A stretch of 32,000 nucleotides of DNA, from positions 90,001-122,000 of the forward strand of contig RQZE01000002.1 in the NCBI GenBank assembly GCA_003858585.1, written 5' to 3'. A program made the translations under genes and the position numbers. This document shows positions 25,105-32,000 of the stretch, one piece after another; within the stretch, counting starts at the first letter, position 1; each line of letters opens with the position of its first letter. The notes below the pieces were generated by a model that saw only the letters and a program-made list of their open reading frames with translations, made no database searches and was not told the origin of the DNA. This DNA is from Erysipelotrichaceae bacterium OH741_COT-311 (GTDB lineage: Bacteria; Bacillota_I; Bacilli_A; Erysipelotrichales; Erysipelotrichaceae).

Positions 25105-25509
25105 ATGGCAAAGAAAAAGACAAATGTAACTTACATCGGAACAGGTCGTCGTAAATCTTCTGTAGCTCGCGTTTTTATGACTCCAGGTACAGGTGTAATT
25201 TCAATTAATGGAAAATCAATGGAAGAATATTTACCATTAGAGACTTTACGTATGGTTGTAAATTCTCCGCTTGAATTAACGGAAACAGTAGGTCAATTTG
25301 ATCTAAAAATTAATGTTAATGGTGGTGGATTTACCGGTCAAGCAGGTGCTATGAGACATGGAATCTCAAGAGCTTTATTAGAAGTGAGTGCAGATTACCG
25401 TCCTAAATTAAAAGCAGCTGGATTTTTAACGAGAGATGCTCGTTGCAAAGAACGTAAGAAATACGGACTTAAAGGTGCTAGAAGAGCTCCACAATTCTCT
25501 AAACGTTAA
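25105..25509 (+). CDS. rpsI: 30S ribosomal protein S9
   Basis: GGAGG at 25091-25095. Sequence: [13 protein letters not shown]...ITGGG-type block [22 protein letters not shown]...RAPQFSKR. Confidence 0.97.
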   Translation: MAKKKTNVTYIGTGRRKSSVARVFMTPGTGVISINGKSMEEYLPLETLRMVVNSPLELTETVGQFDLKINVNGGGFTGQAGAMRHGISRALLEVSADYRPKLKAAGFLTRDARCKERKKYGLKGARRAPQFSKR

Positions 25510-25534
25510 TTTATTTATCGTAATAGAGGTGATA

Positions 25535-25565
25535 AGATCATGGATAGATTCCATGGTCTTTTTTG
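25535..25565 (+). terminator. Rho-independent terminator of rplM-rpsI
   Basis: AGATCATGGA (25535-25544), loop TAGAT, TCCATGGTCT (25550-25559; one G-U pair), then TTTTTG. Confidence 0.8.
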
Positions 25566-26175
25566 TGTAATAATCAGATGAAGGGTATTTATTAGTGAAA
25601 ACTACAACTAATAAAATGTTGTATTAAGTTATTTGCAGGGTGTTGTAATATAATTAGATTATCCTAATTTGTGCAGACATGTGCATATCTTTGTAGCGTT
25701 GAATTGAATGACAGAAGATATTCGGTATTAAGCTTTTTGATTGTAATATGTAAAAACTAAGATTATATTAGCTTTAACATATCCTTACTCATCATAAGTA
25801 GATGTTAATATAATTATGTTTTAAGAAAGAATTTAGATGAAACTAAATGTTAAAAATTGGGTACCAAAGGGGATGGTTTTATCATTAAGAATCGAAGCTG
25901 TCATTATTTTTTGTTTTGTTAGTTTTATTTAGAACAATAGAAATCATTGGAACTAAAATCATTCGATGGAGTTTGTTGTTGTATTACCGGTTATCTTTTT
26001 ATTACTTTTGGTAGCTATTTTACAATATAAAAACATACCATGCATTTTCTTATACAAAAAAGAAAGCTTTCAAACCATAGAGGTATTGTAGAATACGATG
26101 CTTAATGCTTATATGTTTGTAGAGAGGGTAGAAAATGATACGATAGTGGAAAAATGAGTCGAAATATAATCATTT

Positions 26176-26208
26176 AAAGAGTTGTGTTTAGAAAATAACT
26201 CTTTTTTA
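26176..26208 (+). terminator. Orphan terminator-like hairpin with no annotated gene upstream
   Basis: AAAGAGTT (26176-26183), 13-nt loop, AACTCTTT (26197-26204), followed by a T run. Confidence 0.4.
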
Positions 26209-26280
26209 AGTGTCAAAATTGTAATAAATAATTGGGTGTATTTCCTATATAATAAGCTATGTAACAATATGGAGGTTATT

Positions 26281-27159
26281 ATGAAAAAGTTATTTGTTTT
26301 GTTAGCAGTTTTTTTACTTATTGGTTGTGGTGTACAAAAGCCAAAAGATACAACAAATAGTAATGAAGGAAATGAAAAGATAGATGCGATTGTATATCAT
26401 AATGCAGCTTCAGAAGAAAATATAAATGAGATGAAAGAGTTATTAAAGGACAAAATTCATGAAAGTAGTTTAAGTATATTCTTGAATGATGTTATGGAGT
26501 ATAATAAATCTTTGAGTAATTTATCAGGAAGTTACAAAGAACTTACTGCAGAAAACGTGAATTATGATGAATTAGCAATCTCAGAATCATTATTAGCGAT
26601 AAATCCCGATTATATTGGGAATAATTGTCGTATCACAACATTTACATTAATCAAAGATTTTGTATCTGTGGATGCAAAAGAAGAAGTACCGTATAATTTA
26701 TTATTCGATAATCTATCATTGAGTGAAAGTCACAAGTTTACAGATGAAGAGTTAAAACGATTTTATGGGTACTATGAACAAGTAGAGACAACAAAAACAA
26801 AAGACATTAGTGTACATTTAGAAGCGATGAAAAAACATCTTGCAGATCATCACATAAAATATCAGTTGCCTAAGCATGTAAGTGTTATTTCGGTAGTGTT
26901 TCATGATGATTTAGAGGAAGTAGATCATTTATTTATCGGACATACGGGCTTACTTGTAGAAAAGGATGAAAGTTATTATTTTATTGAAAAATTAAGTTTT
27001 GATTTGCCATATCAAGTCATTAAATTTAGCAGCAAACTAGAATTGAATGATTATTTAATGGAAAAATATGATGTATCATGGGGACAAGAAACAGCAAGTC
27101 CATTTATTATGGAAAATGATGAATTATTAAAAGAGTATCGTCCCAATCAAAAGAAATAG
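26281..27159 (+). CDS. Lipoprotein (292 aa), hypothetical; possibly DUF4300-like
   Basis: GGAGG at 26271-26275 lies 5 nt before ATG 26281, so the track start at 26182 is trimmed. The lipobox is MKKLFVLLAVFLLIGC|GVQ. There are conserved-looking Cys and His contexts (IGNNCRITTF and LFIGHTGLLVEKD). The family name is from memory only. Confidence 0.7.
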   Translation: MKKLFVLLAVFLLIGCGVQKPKDTTNSNEGNEKIDAIVYHNAASEENINEMKELLKDKIHESSLSIFLNDVMEYNKSLSNLSGSYKELTAENVNYDELAISESLLAINPDYIGNNCRITTFTLIKDFVSVDAKEEVPYNLLFDNLSLSESHKFTDEELKRFYGYYEQVETTKTKDISVHLEAMKKHLADHHIKYQLPKHVSVISVVFHDDLEEVDHLFIGHTGLLVEKDESYYFIEKLSFDLPYQVIKFSSKLELNDYLMEKYDVSWGQETASPFIMENDELLKEYRPNQKK

Positions 27160-27200
27160 TTGAGTTTTAAGATATGTAAATCCTAAAGAGATAGTGTTAG

Positions 27201-27229
27201 TTGCTTATAACATAGTCTTGTGTTACTAT
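27201..27229 (+). promoter_or_regulatory. Putative promoter of the iron ABC operon
   Basis: TTGCTT (27201-27206), 17-nt spacer, TACTAT (27224-27229). Confidence 0.45.
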
Positions 27230-27253
27230 CATAATTACTTTAGGAGGAAAACA

Positions 27254-28333
27254 ATGAAAAAATTGTTATTGATATTTTCTGCAGCACTTCTATTAATTAC
27301 AGGTTGTGCTAAGAAAGAAACTGCAGATACAACTGCAACGGAACCGACACCTACTGAAACAACAGTAAGCAGTGGTGATCAAAAAGTAGTTCTTTATACA
27401 TCAAGACACTACGATACAGACCAAGCATTATTTGATGCGTTTAAGGAAAAGACTGGTATCACAGTTGAAGTAAAACAAGGTGATGCGAAGGCTTTACTTG
27501 AAGAAATTGAGCAAGGTGGAGAAGACTTAGATGCTGACTTATTCTATACAGCAGATGCCGGAAAACTAGCTCAAGCAAAAGAAAAAGGATTATTTCAAAC
27601 TATAGGATCTGATGTTGTAAAGTCAAATGTTCCTGAAATTTATCGTGATAACGATGATATGTGGACGGCATTGACTATGAGAGCACGTATTATTGTGTAT
27701 TCATTAGAAAATGTAGATCCGGCTCAACTTTCTACATATGAAGATTTAGCTAATGAAAAATGGAAAGGTAAAATCGTTACACGTCCAAGTTCACATGTTT
27801 ATAACCAATCTTTAGTTGCTTCATTTATTGAAGTGAACGGTCTTGAAGAAACAAAAGAATGGGCAAAAGGTTTAGTAAGCAATTTTGCTCGTGAACCTAA
27901 AGGGAATGATCGTGATCAAGTGAAGGCGGTTGCGGCAAATGAAGCAGATATCGCTATTGTTAATAGCTATTATATCGGTAAGATGATTACTTCAGATAAG
28001 CCTGAAGAAAAAGAAGCAGTTGCTAAGGTTGGAGTATTTTTCCCTAACCAAGAAACAACAGGTACACATGTAAATGTTAGTGGTGCTGGGATCTTAAAGA
28101 GTTCAAAAAATAAAGAAAATGCAGTAAAATTATTAGAATTTTTATCAAGTGTAGAGGCACAAGAACAATTCTCTTCTGCCAATTTTGAATTCCCGGTAAA
28201 TCCAAATGTTGAAGTAAAAAATGAATTGTTAAAATCTTGGGGTGAGTTTAAGAAACAAGGGATTAATTTATCGATCTTAGGTGAAAACAATAAAAAAGCT
28301 CAAGAGATTATGGATGAGGTTGGATGGAAATAG
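27254..28333 (+). CDS. Fe(3+) ABC transporter substrate-binding lipoprotein (FbpA/AfuA family, 359 aa)
   Basis: TAGGAGG at 27241-27247 precedes ATG 27254. The lipobox is LLLITGC|AKK. The FbpA/AfuA-type N-lobe is VVLYTSRHYDTDQALFDAFKEKTGITVEVKQGD...DLFYTADAGKLAQAKEKGLFQ. Confidence 0.85.
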   Translation: MKKLLLIFSAALLLITGCAKKETADTTATEPTPTETTVSSGDQKVVLYTSRHYDTDQALFDAFKEKTGITVEVKQGDAKALLEEIEQGGEDLDADLFYTADAGKLAQAKEKGLFQTIGSDVVKSNVPEIYRDNDDMWTALTMRARIIVYSLENVDPAQLSTYEDLANEKWKGKIVTRPSSHVYNQSLVASFIEVNGLEETKEWAKGLVSNFAREPKGNDRDQVKAVAANEADIAIVNSYYIGKMITSDKPEEKEAVAKVGVFFPNQETTGTHVNVSGAGILKSSKNKENAVKLLEFLSSVEAQEQFSSANFEFPVNPNVEVKNELLKSWGEFKKQGINLSILGENNKKAQEIMDEVGWK

Positions 28334-28351
28334 CACGCAAGTGCTATTTTT
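28331..28351 (+). terminator. Intra-operon stem-loop / partial terminator between the binding-protein and permease genes
   Basis: TAGCAC (28331-28336; this includes the stop codon), GCAA tetraloop, GTGCTA (28341-28346), then TTTTT. Confidence 0.4.
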
Positions 28352-28355
28352 GCTT

Positions 28356-29954
28356 ATGAAGAAATATTCAATTATTCACATTATAGGGATTGTAGCATTA
28401 ATACTAACATGTATTCCAATTATTTATTTGTTATTACAAGCTTTTCGTCCTACAGAGACGGTATTATCGAATCAGTTATTGATTGCATATATTCGTAATA
28501 CAATCATTATGATTTTAGTCGTTGGATTTTCTGCCGGCTTTTTAGGATTGACTCTAGCATGGATTATCAGCTTCTATGATTTTCCGTTCCGTCGTTTTTT
28601 TAAGGTGGTTTTAGCCTTGCCTTTGGCGATTCCTCCTTATATTGCAGCAGTTAGTTACTCTGATTTTATGTATGTTAATGGTTTATTTCCAAGGTTACTA
28701 GGTACATTTGGTATTACGAAGCACTTTGATATCATGAATATTCATGGTGCAATATTCATTTATAGCATTACTTTATATCCGTATGTTTATATCGCATGCT
28801 TAAGTTTCTTTAAATATACAAGTGCGTCGTTTGTTGAAAATGCAAGAGTATTAAAAGCAAATTGGGTGAAGTTATTTTCGAAAGTAGGAGTTCCACTTGC
28901 CAGATTACCACTGGTTGCAGGATTGACATTGGTGATTATGGAGCTTGTAAGTGACTTTGGTGTTATTGATTATTACGGTGTTCAAGGTTTTTCTACAGGT
29001 ATATATAAAATTTGGCATAATTATAGTGATTTCTATGGTGCCATTCGTTTGTCAGCTATCTTATTATGTATTATTTTTGCGGTAGTGTACATAGAATCTT
29101 TTTTACGTCGTCGTTTGCGTTATTTTACAACATCTAAAAGTAAATCCATTAAGCTCATTAGGGTGAAAAATGCTCGTTACCTTTTAATTTATTTTACTTT
29201 AACACTTATCATTACGTTTATCATTCCTTTGATACAACTTGTATACAACGGAATTTATGCATATGAAAAAATCTGGAATATAAAGTTACTACAAGTTACA
29301 TTAAATACAGTATACTATACGTCCATTGCAAGTTTTATTTGTGTAGGCATATCCTTTGTAATTGCTAATTATGTAAAAGGAAAGAAAGGAATATTTGCCA
29401 AAACGATTAGTAAACTTGCAACAATGGGGTATAGCATTCCCGGGGTTTTAGTTGGTCTTTCTGTCATGTTTACCTTTTTTGATGTAGATAAATTATTGGT
29501 ACCTTTGTATCGATTCATAGGTATTAAACAAAAAGTATTAGTATTATCTACAAGTGTCTTTGTCTTTATGTTTGCCTATGTTGTGCGTTTCATGGCAGTT
29601 AGTTTTAATAATATCAATGCCGGATATAAAAAGATTAATCCAAATTTATTTAGGGCTAGTGCAACATTAAAACAAAGTACATCCCAAACATTTTGGCGTG
29701 TGGATTTTCCTTTGATGCTACCTACATTACTAATGTCATTTTTATTGGTATTTTTAGAGATTCTTAAAGAATTACCGATTACGTTAATGTTAAAGCCATA
29801 TAAATTAGAAACACTTACCGGATTTGTGCATACCTATACTCATAATGAACAGTATTCGGAAGCATCCATTTATAGCTTAGTAATTATTTTATTGGGGATA
29901 ATCACAGTGTCCCTCATCATGTTATTTAGGGAGAAAAAGTATGTTAAGTCTTAA
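28356..29954 (+). CDS. Fe(3+) ABC transporter permease, fused double-domain type (FbpB/AfuB-like, 532 aa)
   Basis: About 12 hydrophobic helices form two homologous halves, each with an ABC type-1 permease loop region. The start at ATG 28356 (MKKYSIIHIIGIVAL) is chosen because the track start at 28281 lies inside the upstream gene. I see no clear SD. Confidence 0.8.
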   Translation: MKKYSIIHIIGIVALILTCIPIIYLLLQAFRPTETVLSNQLLIAYIRNTIIMILVVGFSAGFLGLTLAWIISFYDFPFRRFFKVVLALPLAIPPYIAAVSYSDFMYVNGLFPRLLGTFGITKHFDIMNIHGAIFIYSITLYPYVYIACLSFFKYTSASFVENARVLKANWVKLFSKVGVPLARLPLVAGLTLVIMELVSDFGVIDYYGVQGFSTGIYKIWHNYSDFYGAIRLSAILLCIIFAVVYIESFLRRRLRYFTTSKSKSIKLIRVKNARYLLIYFTLTLIITFIIPLIQLVYNGIYAYEKIWNIKLLQVTLNTVYYTSIASFICVGISFVIANYVKGKKGIFAKTISKLATMGYSIPGVLVGLSVMFTFFDVDKLLVPLYRFIGIKQKVLVLSTSVFVFMFAYVVRFMAVSFNNINAGYKKINPNLFRASATLKQSTSQTFWRVDFPLMLPTLLMSFLLVFLEILKELPITLMLKPYKLETLTGFVHTYTHNEQYSEASIYSLVIILLGIITVSLIMLFREKKYVKS

Positions 29955-30591
29955 AAATATATCGTTTTATTACAATAAAAACCAAATGATTTTACAAGAT
30001 ATTAACTTAGAAGTGAAACAAGGGGAACTTATCGCCATTTTAGGAAGTTCCGGTAGTGGGAAGTCAACTTTATTAAATCTTGTGGCTGGATTAGAAAAAG
30101 TAAGTGTTGGACAAATCTTATTAGATCAAAAAGATATTACAGATGTTGTGTGCGAAAAGCGAAATATTGGAATGATCTTTCAAGATTATGCTTTATTTCC
30201 ACATTTAACGGTTGAAAAAAATGTTGGATTTGCTTTAAAAAGTTATAAAGACCCTATTGTAGATGCTATGTTAAAGTTAGTGAAGATGGAGTCTTTCAAG
30301 AAACGTTATCCTTATGAATTAAGTGGTGGAGAAAAGCAACGTGTGGCAATTGCCAGAAGTTTAGCGGCACAACCAAAAGTGTTATTATTGGATGAACCAT
30401 TTTCAAATTTAGATGCCGATTTAAGATATAAGGTGCGTAAGGAAGTTAAAGAAATTTTAACCCAAGCAAACATAACATCTATTATGGTGACACATGACAT
30501 TGACGATGCGTATGATATAGCGGATCGAATTGTATTTTTAAAGCAAGGACGCATTGATCGAATAGAAGAAGTGAAAGCTACAAAATTGTAG
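29941..30591 (+). CDS. ABC transporter ATP-binding protein (216 aa, nucleotide-binding domain only)
   Basis: AGGGAG at 29928-29933. It overlaps the permease gene by 14 nt. Walker A is GSSGSGKST, the signature is LSGGEKQRVAIARSL, Walker B is LLLDEPFSNLD, and the H-loop is VTHD. Confidence 0.93.
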   Translation: MLSLKNISFYYNKNQMILQDINLEVKQGELIAILGSSGSGKSTLLNLVAGLEKVSVGQILLDQKDITDVVCEKRNIGMIFQDYALFPHLTVEKNVGFALKSYKDPIVDAMLKLVKMESFKKRYPYELSGGEKQRVAIARSLAAQPKVLLLDEPFSNLDADLRYKVRKEVKEILTQANITSIMVTHDIDDAYDIADRIVFLKQGRIDRIEEVKATKL

Positions 30592-30605
30592 CTTTTTCTT
30601 TTTAC
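30574..30605 (+). terminator. Rho-independent terminator of the ABC operon
   Basis: AAAGCTAC (30574-30581), loop AAAATT, GTAGCTTT (30588-30595), then TTCTTTTT. The stop codon TAG 30589-30591 lies in the stem. Confidence 0.65.
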
Positions 30606-30668
30606 AAACGATTCTTTTTATGTAACAATGAAGGTACATAAAATCTTATCGGATGGGAAAGGAGAAGT

Positions 30669-31640
30669 ATGAGGAAAATTATAATAGCGCTAGTGTCGAT
30701 AGTAGTGTTGGGTTGTGCCAAGAAGATGACATTTCAGGAGTTAAATCAAAACTATTTTAAGCAAAGCGAGGATGGATTATCCTTTGTTTTGAATAGTCAG
30801 TATATTGATTATCTTCCGGAAAGTACGGTTTTAATATTCTATAAAGAAAATTTTATAGATGTATATGATGATTATGAGGGAGTTAGTGAAGAAGAGCTTA
30901 TCAAAGAGTTAAAAGAATTAAATAAAAAATATCATAAAAAATATGTTCATGTATATGACACTTATAATGAAGCTGTCTATGGAGAAGTGGTTTATGAAGT
31001 GGAAGATGGAGAGTTGTATTCAACTTTAGTCAATCGAAGTTTAATCAATGGAGATTATATGACGTTTAAGCAACGTTTTATAAAAGATGATAGTGAGTAT
31101 GAATATTGGCAGATGTTGGAAGATGTCTATAATGTTGGTGATTTTCAGCATCAAATTGTATATACAGACGAAGTTTTAAAAGAAATTGACGACCGAGTAG
31201 CGAATACGAATCAATTGATTTCAGAAAAAAAAGATGCCTTGGTACTTGTTCCGAATTTTTATTACGATTGTTTAGAATGTGAAAAGTCAATTATCACTAT
31301 TTATTATAATGAGATGTATTTAGGTAATATTTACTTTAAAGATAACGTATATACTGCACAATTAAAGATGGATTTTACCGACCCATTTAATGAAAAACAT
31401 TTGAGTATGTTTGGTGGTTACTATGATGATCAAACGAAGGTATATTATGCGGCGATTGATGGTCTAGTTTATGAAATAGTTGTTGTTGGGCAAAAGGATC
31501 CGGTGGGCATGGTTCGTGTTTATAATCCGGAAATCTATGGGTTTGAAGAATTGGAAGAAATGAATCCAAAGGTACAAGAAGTGTATAAGTTGTGTTTGGA
31601 AAATCAAGAAGACTATACATATATAGAGGAGGAAGAATAA
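30669..31640 (+). CDS. Lipoprotein (323 aa, acidic), hypothetical
   Basis: AAAGGAG at 30658-30664. The lipobox is MRKIIIALVSIVVLGC|AKK. Confidence 0.7.
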   Translation: MRKIIIALVSIVVLGCAKKMTFQELNQNYFKQSEDGLSFVLNSQYIDYLPESTVLIFYKENFIDVYDDYEGVSEEELIKELKELNKKYHKKYVHVYDTYNEAVYGEVVYEVEDGELYSTLVNRSLINGDYMTFKQRFIKDDSEYEYWQMLEDVYNVGDFQHQIVYTDEVLKEIDDRVANTNQLISEKKDALVLVPNFYYDCLECEKSIITIYYNEMYLGNIYFKDNVYTAQLKMDFTDPFNEKHLSMFGGYYDDQTKVYYAAIDGLVYEIVVVGQKDPVGMVRVYNPEIYGFEELEEMNPKVQEVYKLCLENQEDYTYIEEEE

Positions 31641-32000
31641 TGAAAAAGTTTATAATTACAAAAGAATTTTGGGATGTGTTTCCGGATGCGAAGATTGGAG
31701 TTGTAATTGCTAAGAATATAAACAATCAATATGAAGATATGAGTGTTTATCAAGAGTTGTTGCATAAGAATGCAAAACTAGGAACACGTTATTTACCAAA
31801 TGAAGAATTTAGTAGTAATGAGGTTATCGATGTATGGAGAAAGGCATATCAAAAATTTAAGACAAAAAAAGGTGCTCGTTGTTCGATTGAAGCATTATTA
31901 AAAAGGATAAAAAATGGAAATATGGTTGGAAACATTAATCCGTTAGTAGATGTATATAATGCGATTTCATTAAAATATGCTTTACCTTGTGGGGGAGAAG
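31640..32000 (+). CDS. B3/B4 tRNA-binding-domain protein (PheT beta-subunit-related), 3'-truncated by the window edge
   Basis: ATG 31640 overlaps the upstream stop (TAATG). GAGGAGG is at 31626-31632. Sequence: MKKFIITKEFWDVFPDAKIGVVIAKNI...RCSIEALLKRIKNGNMVGNINPLVDVYNAISLKYALPCGGE. This matches the B3/4-domain family pattern (SxEALLRR...INxxVDxYNxxSLxxxxPxGGED). It is not in the ORF track because there is no stop within the window. Confidence 0.75.
   Translation, partial: MKKFIITKEFWDVFPDAKIGVVIAKNINNQYEDMSVYQELLHKNAKLGTRYLPNEEFSSNEVIDVWRKAYQKFKTKKGARCSIEALLKRIKNGNMVGNINPLVDVYNAISLKYALPCGGE

Noticed and set aside
25838-26091. TadE/pseudopilin-like N-terminus in the short ORF MKLNVKNWVPKGMVLSLRIEAVIIFCFVSFI, and the following 41-aa hydrophobic ORF, as real genes.
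   Set aside because: They have no SD, are very short, and show only vague resemblance to the KG-x-x-x-(I/V)E prepilin-like motif. They are kept as part of a low-confidence finding rather than annotated as features.
27190-27240. Fur box or DtxR/MntR operator at the iron ABC promoter.
   Set aside because: Only a 5-bp inverted repeat (TGTTA-N8-TAACA) and an ATCATAAT fragment are present. Neither approaches the 19-bp Fur or DtxR consensus, and chance occurrence is likely in AT-rich DNA.

Overview
This is a chromosomal segment from a low-GC Gram-positive bacterium. The Firmicutes assignment rests on gene content, Shine-Dalgarno usage and lipoboxes; the EF-Tu and S12 sequences look Bacilli- or Erysipelotrichia-like, but I cannot assign a species. 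Housekeeping blocks: secA (5'-truncated by the window edge) and prfB with its programmed +1 frameshift; an MntR/DtxR-type regulator; the str operon rpsL-rpsG-fusA-tuf; and rplM-rpsI. Accessory DNA lies between them. (i) A 7.5-kb gene encodes a 2506-aa surface protein with about 13 Cna-B/SpaA-type domains. It includes an exactly 267-nt-periodic tandem block, has a non-LPXTG C-terminal anchor, and abuts a decayed IS3-family element. (ii) A very AT-rich, roughly 6-kb block sits between tuf and rplM and is bracketed by two paralogous multi-pass membrane proteins. It carries a P-loop kinase-like protein, a TraX-family protein, a GNAT, a DUF3021-like protein, an orphan 128-aa protein, gene fragments and a duplicated promoter/mini-ORF module. 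(iii) An FbpA/AfuA-type Fe(3+) ABC transporter is flanked by unknown lipoproteins, followed by a B3/4-domain protein that runs off the 3' edge. I saw no tRNA, rRNA, CRISPR array, intact mobile element, or recognisable defence or toxin-antitoxin system. I did not find a coherent multi-gene novel system. The most unusual items are the giant adhesin architecture, the paralog-bracketed accessory block, and the repeated 6-codon mini-ORF module.
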